DNA of 64,000 nt. Source: Ptychomitrium polyphyllum (Eukaryota). The stretch is from NCBI GenBank assembly GCA_973851085.1, contig OZ316775.1, positions 14,012,001-14,076,000 of the forward strand, written 5' to 3'. The notes below the pieces were generated by a model. It was not told the DNA's origin. It saw nothing but the letters and a program-made list of their open reading frames with translations, and did not search any database. This document shows, one piece after another, positions 27,887 through 43,100 of the stretch (positions are counted from its first letter, which is position 1; the number at the start of each line of letters is the position of its first letter). A program made the position numbers and the translations under genes.

Positions 27887-29027
27887 ATGAACAGCATTGC
27901 AACAGAGGGGCCAAGCACATGTGACAACTCGTGTGCAGATGATGCCGCATTGATGAACCTCGACCAGTGGAGCACTTTGCCAACGGACCTGTTGCAAAAC
28001 ATTTTCGCACGCCTGCCACAACCTCAGATCGTCCACCGCCGGTCTGTTTCCAAGGAATGGGTGCGGAATGTGATGAGTGCAGAAGATGACTCACAAGGGT
28101 TCTAGCGGTTAAGTGCAGAAGCTAATTCCAGGAATTTTGGACTGATTCACCGTACAGAAACTTCGATGACCCTTCATATTATCCCGCTGCGATGTCAAGG
28201 TCAATGAATGGTACGGTTTTGCAATAAAAGCGTCTAGCAGGCCTTTAAGATTGTGTGCATGCGATGGAGACTGGTGTGGATTACATGGGAGTGAGAGATC
28301 AGCGGTGCAATCTGTGAATAGGATTTGTGAAACCGCTGCTACTGCTTTATTCAAGCCCATTATGCCTTTGATAGTATTACTTGTGATGAATCACAACACA
28401 GATGCTATGAGGTGATAGTTGTGTATCAAGAGGGCATCAAGACAACTTTGTTTCATGAAACCAAATTCAAAGCAAAGATATCCAGGTCTGCGACAGATGA
28501 ATAGTCAAGGTCAAGTACTACTTTCTGTGGCATGCTTAATGCAGTGTAAGATTTCGCTGATGAACGCCTCCATCTAGCCGGCCTTGATCGCATTAGTCCT
28601 AGTAGTCTTTTAACCTCTCAACTTTCAAAACCAGGATCTACTCATGCCAGGCAAGGTTCAATTTTCTATGGTGATGCTGTTGTTGGTGATCGTTTGTTTG
28701 AGCTGCATGAGAACACAGTTGTGGTTATGATAACTCTGGAGTTGTCGGCCGCCAGAAAGGTTTCTTTAATTGTGGAGTATCATGGCCAGAGGAGCAAGCA
28801 CCCTTGGATTAAACTGAAGGTTCATAGCATAGAGGATATAACGAAGTGCTTAGACCAGAGCCATTACTTCAACTTAGGTATCCATGGATGGAAAGGTTTT
28901 CTTCTGGTAAATAGTTACTCCACAACTTTGTGAATTATCGACGGATAATTGGCACGTGGTTAGTCCTGACTGGACCGGCCTCAGGGATTACATGATGTTT
29001 GGGTTCCAATGGAACGCTGTTCCATAG
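27887..29027 (+). pseudogene. Intronless F-box protein pseudogene
   Basis: WSTLPTDLLQNIFARLP..RSVSKEW F-box motif; stop at 28103-28105, then frameshifted remnants (CDVKVNEW..LCACDG; LFELHEN..PWIKL) ending FGFQWNAVP*. Confidence 0.75.
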
Positions 29028-32000
29028 AACGGATCCCATTCATCGTACAAACAGATAATTGTAGGCTTATACCTCCGACAGATCGTGTTTAGTTCTAGAT
29101 AAATAGACAGTTTTAAATAGATTCTGTTGTGGAAATTGTACACACTAAATGATCAGTTAGGAATTGCCTGTCTTTGAGAGGACGTTCATAAGTGGAGAGA
29201 GTAACTACAATTGAGTTGTAAACTTTAATCCTGTCTCCTGATTTCTGTTTCTCTCTCATCAGCATAGAGTCGTCTGCAGCCCTGAGTGGTAGAGACTAAA
29301 GTGCACAGAAATGAGAGAAATTAAACCCTACAGTTTTACACAAATGTTCAGGAGCATGCTTCATTATAAATATACGTGTGACGGAACGTGATTTGGTTGT
29401 TATTTTCATGAATGTTTTTTTCGAGCTCTGTTTTAATTCGAGATTGTAACTTTTATAATTGTTTGAGTAGCAATGTCTTCGGAAAGTAGTGAGTTCTGCT
29501 AACATGGTTTTTGTCAAGAAGGCCGGAGGTGATATTGCGTCAATCCTCCACTTGTGCAAAGCTGAAGCCTGGTGCGCTAGAGTTGAAGTTCTGAGTTAAA
29601 CCTTCCGAACACTAGCAGGGTAGTTCTGAGTCGAGGTTTGTGATTTTTGAAGCAGATTAAAAGTATTCTATTTCCACTCCAAAGAAAACGGTATTGTATC
29701 GAGTGCTTTGAGCTGAGATTTTCGTTTTCTTTCTGATGTAAACACAATCTTTTGTTCGTGGAAGGAACAAGGCAGTGTACAACTAGCATGCTTTTTGAGC
29801 TGAGGTTTGGAGTGTACACTGTACTGCGCCTACTCTCTAACCAACCTTTGACAAAATGGGGGTCCTTCAAGAACTAGTACAGTATGGAGTTTGAATCTTT
29901 CCTCTGGATCTCATCTAATCACAACCATGGAAATCGGTGCCCAAAGTTCTAACCTTGTTCACCAACATTCAGACGCTTACAGTACGGATTGTTTAAGGTT
30001 TAGGACAAATATAATAGTTTGTTCTCCTTGGATGAATGGTCTCCCTGTTAGCCTTTAACAAGTTTTGATAAGACTCCACTTCAATTCCCGGCTTCTATCC
30101 AGATCTAAAATGATCTAGACTCCTCATACCTTGATCATTTTCCAGTAATTTTGTTAAATTGCATAGCTTCGTGTGCGCAGCTCATGGAGATTGTCGAAGA
30201 CACAACCAACTCGATACATCAAGTAAAATTGTAGAACCATTCACAACAACACTCATAGAAAAAGTAAAACAATTATCAGCAAAATGATAATAAGGTAGAT
30301 TCCTCGTAACTGCCCTTGACCTTCTATCAATGAACTGCATAAACCCAAAACCATGGGAGGAGCACCGTCTTCTATCTACAATAGTCATATATTCCTCTCT
30401 CCTATGATTCTCTTCCATGATTCTAGGTGAACTTTGAGTCATATTTAGAATCCAATTGTTTTGAACTTCAACAATTTGCTAAAAATTTATGGTGAATCTA
30501 AATTTTGTGTTTCCACACTAGATAAGAACATTTTTATAGTGTGAGGACCTCATAGGGATCTCATGGAAGTTCCTTGAAGCCATGGTTACGGGAACCTACC
30601 TTACACTAGATTCATGAACCTGTTTCAAAACTTCCATGCGTTTCCTGATATTCTCCAGAGAGGAGTGAATTAGTCATCGGTATTTTCAGTTGCATGGAAG
30701 TGAAATATATAATATTATGCAAGCTTGAAGCTTCTGCTGGTCATAAATGAGATCTGCAGCTCCACACAGTAGCATCCTTGTATCATGCCTGCCACCCACC
30801 AACCCACCGCCTCGTTTCGAAAAAGCCCGGCCGAGTTGACAAACCACGCTTGTGTCCTGTCCATTAAGGGCAAGTGCTGCCAGACTGTCAGACAACACTA
30901 GGCAGACCACTACATTCGTTCACCTGCAGTGCTGCCATGCATTCAATGCTCCACTGCACATCTGCTCGATCTTTTCTTTAGGTTAGGCCCTTAGGGTGAC
31001 ATCTTGGATGACAGGGACACCCAGGTTAGTGAGCTACCGTCACATATATGAACTGATCACCTCCAGGGAACCTCCAGTCTTCAAGTTTAGTGAGGATTGA
31101 CATACGCGTTAAGTTAACTAAGAAATTATTGGAAGTGCCATAAAGACCGTAGTGCACGAAATGATAGCTTTGTACATGTGCATCTGCAGATGTAAAAGCT
31201 GGCACATGCGGGCTTATGAGCAAGAACTAAATGAAATTTCAAAGAAGCGACTTGTACTATGTGAGAATGTGAACCGAATGCAAGCTTCGAAGTGCTTACC
31301 TTACAGTCTAGATGATCAGCTGCTTCGAAAAGGAGTTTCTGAGCTTAATTCTTGACAAAGCTAACACGAGCTCAAGCTGATTAGCGAACCAGCTTCACTT
31401 CTGACGCTTGTGATGAAAACGCGTAGATAAACTTTTTGATCTCCACTGTTTCATTGAAGTACAACTTGTGTAAAGTTTCCGGACTGATCAGTAACTTCAT
31501 TCCGCCATTATTTTAGAGATTAAAATAGAAACCACTAAACTACGATATTTATTTAAGACTAATTTGAAAATGTCCAAGCCTATCTGAAGAGCTGAAAATT
31601 TTCGGTTTCTAATTACCAGCTGACAGTACAACATTTTGAGCAAGTGGTGCACTCTTTCACTTCGAGTACCGGCGAATGCATGGCGAGCAATTATACTACA
31701 TTTCATGAATGCGTACAGGTAGACTATAGTAGAAGCAAAACTTAAAATGTAGTATGTAACCATTTTTAAAGATAGCCTCAACTGTAGACATACCCCAATT
31801 GTTTAAAGGATGGCAATACCCGACATGTTCACAAGTGCGACACGGTGGATGATTGCAGAGAGGCGAAATGTCCATGTGTGAGTTTAACTTGCTGCATGCA
31901 AGCTGTCACACACAAACAGATGAATTCTTGACGTTTTCCCTTTGAACACCGTCTCCTGTCTCCAATAACCAACAAGTAGTGTCCATATCCAGCTGATTTG

Positions 32001-32454
32001 TTAGAAGCTACTTCTCGGATCCTTTCTCGTCATAATATCTGCCTCCAATAATCCCATAGCTCACAGCTATTCCTCCCGAGAGTGCAACCACAGTTGCACG
32101 CGGGTTTTCTCGAGCAATGTGTTGACTTGCGATACTCCGGGTGAAACTGCTTCTCCAAGAGTGCTGAGTAAGTAGAGGCTCCAATCCTTCAAAAACCTCA
32201 TCATGTTGATATTGTCTGCCATCTGAGCTGAACCAGCATCCCCTGCTGTAGAAACTGTACGGAGCTCAGTTTGAGTCTCTGAAAGCCATCACAGATATAG
32301 CACATTGCGAGCTGAGTGTAAGTGACGCCCACTTGAGATGCGCCGGAAATGCGTTCGTGGCAGATTACATTGAAAGTCTAAGAATTACTAGAACGTTAAC
32401 GCACCTAGAATACAGCGTTGGAGACAACAGCTCAACGAGTAGGGGTACATAGAA

Positions 32455-33972
<1,518 letters not shown>

Positions 33973-35005
33973 TGGTGTCAGTATCGGTGGTGTGACATTC
34001 GCTGTCTGGCGAGACTGATTCTTTTTGTCCTTAGTGCTTGTTTCCATTGGAGCTGACCTTGCTGATTCGAGCACTCGGTAGGTTTAATGGAAACTGGCTC
34101 TAATGGTTTTGGTTTTGGTGCTTTTTAAGAAGGGCTGATTACAATGTACATTTGGTCAGACCAAAAGGTAGTGGATCTGACCAAGTTTGTATGGAAATTA
34201 GCTAGGATCTGTTCCTTTTTTGAACATTAAATTTAGGAGGGAGTTGTTAGAAATGCACTTGACTCAAATGCTCGGAAGAATTATAGCCTTGAATACTCAA
34301 CTTGCTGCTGATATAACGTCATTATTTGATGGATCCTTCCTAGTGCGAATGGTTTTTCAAACTCGGTGAATGGAAAACGTGCCGACTATAGAAGTGATGG
34401 GTGCCATTCATTTTCTTCTCCACCTTTTTAAGATAACTTACAGAAGCTGAATTTGTACTCTGACCAGATATATATGAGAATTGTAGACCTTTCCACGGTG
34501 CGTCTACAAGGACTCATAAATAATGACATGTATCCAAGAATCAATAGATTGCTACAAATCAGGAATAAGATTAGTAAAACAGGTGGAAGCTTTTCTCATA
34601 CACAACCTCGTTGAGATGTTACAAGAACCAAAACAGATCCTAAACGGTTAAAAAGGATGGAGCGGCAGACTGACTAATAATGCCGGGCCTTGCCTAAGAA
34701 GTGGTGACATTCAGAAGAGAAAAAACTAGGGAAGGAGTCAACAAGCCAAGTTTTCAATGCGCTGGGACGTTTCAGTACTGCAACACTCGAGTTCTCCACG
34801 CTCGAAAGAACAGATGGTAATCCGGACAAGGATTGACGTGACAATGGATGACTATATATGCTAAATGAGATCGTTTGCACCATCCAGGCTTGGTAGTCCC
34901 CTCTCCATCATCATGTCATTCCATGTGTTCTTGAATCCATCATCCGCTTGAACTTGTCGGGTGTTTCACGAACCAATCCGATGCACCCATGTCTGAGACT
35001 AGTTA

Positions 35006-37514
35006 TCAGGCCCCACTAGCATACATTCGAGTCCACTCCTTGGCTGCTCCCACGCAAAACGTGCAAAGAGAACCAAATAAAGATACATTCTACTTAGAGA
35101 ACAGCTCTAGCATAAAGTTCTACGGCATTGAAATGATAAGGGCAACCAGGAAGCAAATCGCAAAGAACGTTGGATCGAAAGCTGAACTCCAGTATGAAAG
35201 AATTGTCAGTCACTGCTGAAGTCGTAAATAGTTTTATATGCTCTAGAACGGCACATGCACTTATAACATTTTAAGCAGCACAGAGAACTTCAGTTTCAAC
35301 AGATAAGACTCGGATACTATTAAGCGTGCACTCACCAGTCTCTACGGCCTCGAGTTCGTTTGATTTCCAGTGCTTAGCGACATTCTCCGCCAGAGGATCA
35401 TCTGGATTAGGTGCACTCAAAAGAGCTTGAATGCTGGAAAACAAGATTGCATCAAATTAAACTGTCATTGCTATGTAATATAGATCACAATATTACAGGT
35501 CCAGGCACCCACATCATACACACCTCGTTCAAGCAATCACAAAATCAGTGTTGATATCTCAAATGCGCTCGCAAGTAGGTATTAACGTAGGCATCCATAG
35601 GGATACCAAAGGTCAAGTATCATAGAGCATATGTTCACAGACGGCAAACATGTAATGCTATAAATGAAGTTGCTCATGGCTCATCCTACCTGAGAAGAAC
35701 AGTGCGAATTTGAAGAGCCGGACTCCACTTATCCTTGAGAATATCCAAACAAATGCGCCCCAACTACAGTTACAACGAGTACATCGATTAGAAAAGTACA
35801 ACAACGACGGACAAAATCAGAAAATTCACATTGCTATCCGGTGATTAATAAGACGCCAAGTACGTGCCTCTCTCTTGCGGTTGATGCTGTTTCTCGAACT
35901 TGTCAAATTTCAAATCATAAGATCGGTGAACAGAAAGAGAGAAAGTAATCTCACCTTATCAATGTTGGGATGATAAATTTTCGTCAAGAACCGAACCTGA
36001 AATTAAACCATAAAGAGAATGTGTTTAGTGAAGGATTCAAAAGCAATTAATAAAAAAGACCCAAGGGACACTTGCCTTGGAATAAAAATGCACTCTGCCT
36101 CTGGGCTAGTTGAGGACTACAGTTTAAGAATTTCTAGAAATATTCTAATATTTATCAAAATAGGTATATGAGCACCGTGCTGTAATCCTCAACTCTCTTG
36201 CGAAAATTTAGACCTCGACAGTGTGACCTAAACCATTGATATGTGAACACAAGTTTCAAGTAAATCAAAGTAAACCTACTGCGTGAACCATTAAGACATG
36301 CCCCCAACACAGTATACTTGCTCAGAGTAACATACAAGGTAACCAGAACAAAATTTCTTCCAGTAATGTTAAAATGAGGAGCCATTTCGCCTCACTAAAC
36401 AAGTATATCAGAGAAAAACTCGTCCAAGTAATGGGGAAGGAAAGCATAAATATGCAAAAACATCGAGATTGATAGGTCGCAAGTTGTTGCCTTACCTTAG
36501 GTGCAGACATGGGATATTCTTCAGGCAAGAATAATTCAAGCTTGAATACTCCACCTACACAACCCCAATAACAGTCCCTGAAGTAACCAGCCTCATAACA
36601 ACCTTGAAATCACCTTCACGAAAACAAAGTCATAGAAGTCATGGGCAGAAGGAGACGTGTCGATAACGTCTGAGATGTCATACAACATGCAACATTCTAC
36701 CAATTTGCAAACTAAAATTAAGAGAACAGACTGATTGAATTGGTGGAGGCGGGGTAATGGGAGATAGTAACAACTCCGAAAAACCACTTCAATAACTTAG
36801 AAAAGAGAAAAGCAAACGTACACACAACTATCCCTTATTCATTAAGAGGAAAACGCTGGTGCTATTGTTACCTTCATAAGGAGACTGAGATGGCCCCAAT
36901 ATCATGACATTGAAATACCGCAAATTCTCCTCAGATGGTGATGCGCTGATTCCTGGAGCTGGAGTACCATACAGCAGCCCGCAACAACGTTGCTATAGTG
37001 AGCCTCCTCAAGGACAAATCATAGAGTAACTCACCTGCCATTCTTTCACGCCATCTTACTATTTCCCATAATGAAAAACACTCTAAGATGAGATAAATCA
37101 GCTCAGATAAAAGGCGTGCAAACCATCAACCTCTCTGCACGTCACCACATTTCTCTACCCTTGAAAGTTCAGTCACCCTTTTAGCTCCAAACTCTGACTA
37201 TAGAACCACGATACAATCTCATGTGCAACACCCCACTCCTTTCCACATTACTACACGCCCTCCACAACTGAAAGCAAACCCTGCACGTACCAGGCTCGCT
37301 GAGCAACCGCTGCGTCTCCTGTCAACAACCAACCCAACCCTCTCGTCAATCCCAACATGAACTCCCTCCACGCCACACAACCAAAAACCTCACCTTGTCG
37401 AGAGCCGCCCAAGCTCCACAACCCTGAAGGAGATGCAGAGGCAAGCGAGCGACAGTGCTGTGACGGTACCTTGATGATCCGGCGGGGCAAGCTAGCGTTG
37501 GTACCCGCAGACAT
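35006..37514 (-). CDS. UBC13: Ubiquitin-conjugating enzyme E2, UBC13 (UBC35/36) type, copy a; 8 exons, 156 aa
   Basis: Exons 37514-37470, 37318-37291, 36958-36872, 36554-36496, 35996-35955, 35763-35690, 35433-35336, 35043-35006; [58 protein letters not shown]. Confidence 0.95.
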
Positions 37515-37859
37515 GGTGGGCTCCAACACAATGGCCTCCCTCGCAACTGCCCCCAGCGCTCAACCACGCACGCCGCGCCGTGAATTCGCAACTGCGACGG
37601 AAAGCTCCCAGCACCGCCAACAACAAGCACACCCCCAGTGGCGATGGCTCCGTCTCTGGCTCTGGCTCTGTTCTGTCTCTCCTCGCCCCCACTGTGAGCA
37701 GTGCCCCGACCACGGAGCGCGTGGTCAAGCCAGCCGAGCACAGCGAGAGCAAGAGGACACACACACCCCACACACAGAGAATCTAGATTCAGAGCGAGAA
37801 AAATATATACGAGAGCGACGCAAGGCGGGCCACCATGGAGCATCCCTCCCTCCAAATAT

Positions 37860-38010
37860 AGAGAGAAAGAGAGAAAGAGAAAGAGAGAAAGAGAGAAAGA
37901 GAAAGAGAGAAAGAGAGAAAGAGAAAGAGAGAAAGAGAGAAAGAGAGAAAGAGAGAAAGAGAGAAAGAGAGAAAGAGAAAGAGAGAAAGAGAGAAAGAGA
38001 GAAAGAGATA
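37860..38010. repeat. Polypurine (GAGAAA/GAGAGAAA)n microsatellite
   Basis: About 150 bp of almost pure G/A upstream of UBC13 copy a. Confidence 0.95.
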
Positions 38011-38185
38011 GAGCCATTAGAATAGAGGAGAAGAGTGAGCTTAGAAGCGATAACATGAGAGGCTAGAGAGAGCCATTAAAATACAAGAGAAGAGTGAGCT
38101 TAGAAGCGATAACATGAGAGGCTAGAGAGAGCCATTAAATACAAGAGAAGAGTGAGCTTAGAAGCAATAATAGGAGAGACTAGAA
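38009..38185. repeat. About 59-bp tandem repeat, three copies
   Basis: gagccatta..aata.a.gagaagagtgagcttagaagc.ataa.a.gagag.ctaga occurs three times. Confidence 0.88.
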
Positions 38186-38890
38186 AGACTAGAGAAATTA
38201 ACAAAAGAGGGAATTCATTAGAGAGATAGAAGTACTCAAGAGAGATATGTTGTATGTTGTCATTCTTTAAGACGAGGTGTATATTAGGTTTATTAAACGT
38301 ATTATATTCTTAATGAATTAATTAAATGAGTTCAACTTGTGTTATTTAATATATCAAGCTTTGAAGTGTGGTAGTGGGCCATGTGTAGGTTTTGATATTA
38401 AAATTTATATCAATCACTTTATAGCAAAAATTAAGACCAATGATAAGGTATAAGGCCAAAATATTTAAGTTATACCACAAGAGATGTATTGTAAAGACTT
38501 GAAGGTATAAGAATTGTATTGTTGAAACTAAAGATTATTTAAGTCTCTACTCTTATGCATATTATAAATATAAAATCTCTTAGAAGTTTTTTAAAGTGCT
38601 ACTAATACAACACTTTGTACTCAAGCAACCTTCTTAGAAAGTTTTGTTGAGTTGTTGAAACTTGTTTAAATTAAAGTAGCTTCTTTAATAAATTTCTTGG
38701 AAATGCCTCAATTTTTTTAAAACATTTGTAGATCTCTTTTGACTTTCTTGGTCCTTTAAAAAGCTTCTAATATATACTTGTTATTGTAAGTGTTATAAAA
38801 TTAAATTGGTAATTTAAAATGACTAATAATATAAAGTCAAGAAATTTAAAAAATAAAAAATTTGGTATTTAAAGAAGTTCCATGGCCATA

Positions 38891-40190
38891 TATTAGAAAC
38901 ACAATAAATAAGAAGCAAAAATGAAATGTTTTCCAAGAATTGGCTTCCAAAAAGCTATTGATTGACAAGAATTGATACAAAGACTAGAGCACGGCAAGAT
39001 ACAATATGATCTACAACTTGTATTGGTAAGACTAAGATATATCTTGTCTTGCCTCCTATTTATATTAAGACGCTTGTATCTCCTAGAATACTTCTAAAGA
39101 AGCTTCCTACAAGGATTAAGAATGTTCTAGAAGTTTATGGAACCTGCCTTGGAAATTTTCTAAGATGGTGGAACCTTCCAAGAAGCTTCCAAGGAGTTAG
39201 AACCTTCCAAGGAAGTTTTTGCAAAGAAATAGAACCTTCCTAAGAAGTTTCTTAAGGTGGTGGAATCTTCTCATGAAGCTTTCCAAAAAGGTGAAAACGT
39301 TTATATGGACATTGAAAGTATTATAAGAAACTACTATAATATAACATAAGGTTTTGTAAGGTATTAAAGACTATATTACATGATCTATGTCCGTGACATC
39401 ACTTCTTCATTTAGTGACAAGTTTCATCAAGAACTCTCCTTATGGCTTGCTCGTCACATCACCACAAATTCCAAAAAAATTTGAAGAAGAGAAGCAACAT
39501 ATTTTGCTTGTTCTTCTTTGCCCACTAATTCAACAGGTCCTTCCAAAAAGCGTCAATAATAATCAGCCAAGACTTCTCTTGTTGAAATGTCCCAGCCTAA
39601 AATTTAATTTTGATTAAATCCTTCAAAATATCATGTAAATAAGATCTCCGGTCATCTAAGAGTAACTCTTTTAACTTCTAATAAGATGATTATAGCTTGA
39701 GCATCTGAATCAAGACTAGAATGTGAAGGGCAGTTGGCCAATACTTTTGCACAAGGTCATACTCAATGTTGGAAGGTCTCTCTTATATCTTTTGGTACTA
39801 AAAGTTGAGAGAGTTGAATTGGTTCAACATGTGCTATTATTGAAGAAGGCATAGCCAATTATTCTTCACGTATATCCATGATAACATGAAGATTTGACAT
39901 ACAAGCTAGGATCCATAGATGATCCATCTTAGAAATATAGTTGTATAAAATTGAAGGTTTTGGTATCTTTCTTTGCTTTTTATACTTATCTATGGAAAAA
40001 TCTTCTCCATAAAGCTAACGGCTACTAATAATATGTCAGTTCTGACCTAGTTTTTGAGAATATCTTTAATGAAATCTACATACCTTTTTAAATGCATTTG
40101 TTATGTTCATCGAAGGTTCCCATATTTGGTCATTGATGCCATATCTTTGCCAATGTATAAGATACTCTACATGTTCATTTTTGATGTGTG
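38891..40190 (-). mobile_element. 3' end of a minus-strand family A Gypsy element: LTR 38891-39398, decayed PPT, 3' region, chromodomain remnant
   Basis: Reverse complement of 1550-2849; LTR boundary tccgtgaca at 39398. Confidence 0.85.
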
Positions 40191-43100
40191 CTCCATCGTC
40201 TAGACCTAATTTAGTAAATGACATACAAGTTCAAGCCACAAATTCAATGTCAACAATCAAAGAACCAAGAATCGGCCTTCCGGAGAAATTTGATGGTACG
40301 CATTTAAAATTTTGAGGCTTTATAATTCAAGTTCAACTTGTAATCTTGTTTCAATTTTAATGGTATTCTACAAACGCTTTGCATGTTGATTTGGTAGGAA
40401 TGTTGCTCTTAAGACAAGCATTTTCCTGGTTTGCACCATTTTTTGAAAAGAATTCTCCTATCCTTAGCAACTTTAATGCATTCTTAGCCTCATTTACAAA
40501 AGCATTTGGTGACCATGACAAGCTCCATTTTGCAACTACTAAGATTCGTGCCTTGTGCCAGGGGCCACATTCTATATCAATTTATGCATCAAAATTTTGA
40601 CAACTTGCAGGCAACATCAATTGGGGAGACAAAGCGCCGATGAGTCAATTTCATTGGAGCATATGCAACGAGGTCAAGGATTTATTGCTATCCATGCCAC
40701 ACCCCCAAACACTTGATGAAACCATCATTCAAGCTTTGAAGTGCAATAATTGTCTATTTCAACGTAGACAAGATAAACAGACTTTCATTACGCCTTGCCT
40801 TATACCAACTTTTCAGTAGTTGCAGTCCCGTCTACTTCTAATAAATATTGGAAGCGGAAGCCATGCAGATTGATGCGGTTTGCTTCAATCCCCTTACCAA
40901 ACAAGAGAAGAAGCAACAAAAAGAACAACGGTTGTGTTTGTATTGTGGAAAATTTGGCCACAAGGTTGATAATTGCTTAAAAAAATCTCTACGTACATAT
41001 CGGATGAGAGGTACAACCACCATGCTGAATGCTTTGCAAGAAAATAAGGACGTCTAACCACAGTAACGACCATGCGGCTGGATCCGCTTCTCTTGGAAGA
41101 AAATAAAGGTCATATTTTATCAGCCTATCTTTCCTCTTGTTTCAATATACCTGTTTGTTTGGGTGTTCAAAAGCTCAAAAGCCTTGCTCTAATAGATTGA
41201 GGAGCCTTTGCTAGCTTTGATGACAAAAAAATTGTAAAAAATCATAAGTTTTTATTATTAGAAAATCCAAACCCGTCCATGTAGAAGTCATAAATGGTCG
41301 ACCATTATCTTTCAAAGATGTTATTCATGAGATCAATCCATTAACAATAACATTGAACAATCATAATAGCCAAGTAATATTTAATGTCTTTAGGTTTCTG
41401 TCAAGTCCCATCATTCTAGGGCTTTCTTGATTTAAAAAATACAATCTACACATAGATTAGGCATCTCGCAAAATAGAATTTCCATCATTAGAGCGTGTAA
41501 CTACTAAGCCTATGGAGGAAACTGAAGTATTTTATAAATCAAAATAGCCTCTCTTCAATGGAGCTAGAGCATTTACAAAAGCAGTAAAGACTGGTGCTAT
41601 TTTTTGCTGTGTATGTAATTCCAACGTCTAAAGTTGTGGCTTCATCCTCAATCATTCTAGAAAAGTATAAGGAGTTCAACAATATATTTGTATAAAAGAA
41701 TGCAGACATCCTACCAAAATATTGTCCTTACGACTGTGTTATAGACCTCCAAGACGGCACCCAACCACCATTTGGATCTATTTATAATTTATTCCAAAAT
41801 GAGCTTTCATCATTGAAGGGGTATATTGATGAAAATTTAGCCAAGAACTACATACAACATTCAAAATCTTCTACTGGTGCTCCAATACTTTTTCTAAAGA
41901 AAAAAGATGGATCCTTATGAATGTGTGTCGATTACTATGACCTCAACAAAATGACGATGAAGAATTGATATCCATTGCCGCTAATATTTGGACTTTATGA
42001 TCAGTTCAGCAAAACAAAGATCTATATCAAAATAGATCTGTCAAGAGCCTACAATTTGGTGCGCTTTAAAGAAAGAGATGACTGGAAGACAACTTTTTCA
42101 ACAAGGTATGGACATTTTGAATACAATGTCCTGCCTTTTGGACTTACAAACGCACCCACTATTTTTCAGCACTTGATAAATGACATGTTTTGGAAGTGCC
42201 TTGATGATTGTTTTGTATGCTATCTAGATGATATCTTGATCTATTCAAAGAATCTAAAGGAACATGAACGACATGTCCGCATAGTCCTATAAAAGCTACA
42301 AGATGCTAATTTACATGTCAAGGTGGAAAAATGTGTATTTTACAAACCTGAGGTGAAATTTCTTGGTTATATCATCTCTAACAAAGGACTATTAATGGAT
42401 CCTAAGAAGGTCAAAGCGATTAGCAATTGGACGAGGCCAAAATTGGTACATGATATCCAATGCTTTTTTGAATTTGCAAACTTCTATAGGATCTTCATTA
42501 AGGACTATTCTTGAATAGCTACACCACTCACCCGACTAACATGTAAAGAAAAGCTTGAGTAGAGATCCAATACTAAGAATGCATTCCAAAATTTTAAGCA
42601 AGCTTTTACCACAGCTCCTACTATGTTCCATCTGGACTTTCTAAAGCAATTTTATCTTGAAACAGATGCTTTTGACTTTGCATTAGGAGCAATTTTGTCA
42701 CAAACAGGAGGAGAAAGAAGACTCCATCTGATTGCATTTCATTCCAAAAAAAATTCAGCTGCAGAAATCAACTACGAGATCCACAACAAGGAACTCCTTG
42801 CAATTGTGGATTCCTTCCAAAAATGGCATCACTTGCTCAAGGGTGCCGCACATCCAGTTATTGTATATACAGATTACAAGAACTTCAAATATTTCATGTC
42901 AGCCCGTGTTTTGAATCATTGCCAAGCTCGTTGGAGTATTTCTCTATCTCAATTTGATTTTTGCATCACACATCAATCCAAAAAACAGCAAGGGTTATCA
43001 AATGCTTTGTCAAGGCAATTATACCTTGTGCCAAAGGAGGTGGAAGTAGCACATAATCAACAAAAAAAAAATTGTTTACACCCAAACAATTTTGTATCCA

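Noticed and set aside
37346..38066. Long ORFs with poly-RE/K or poly-SL tails
   Set aside because: They are translations of the GA microsatellite overlapping the UBC13a first exon and promoter.
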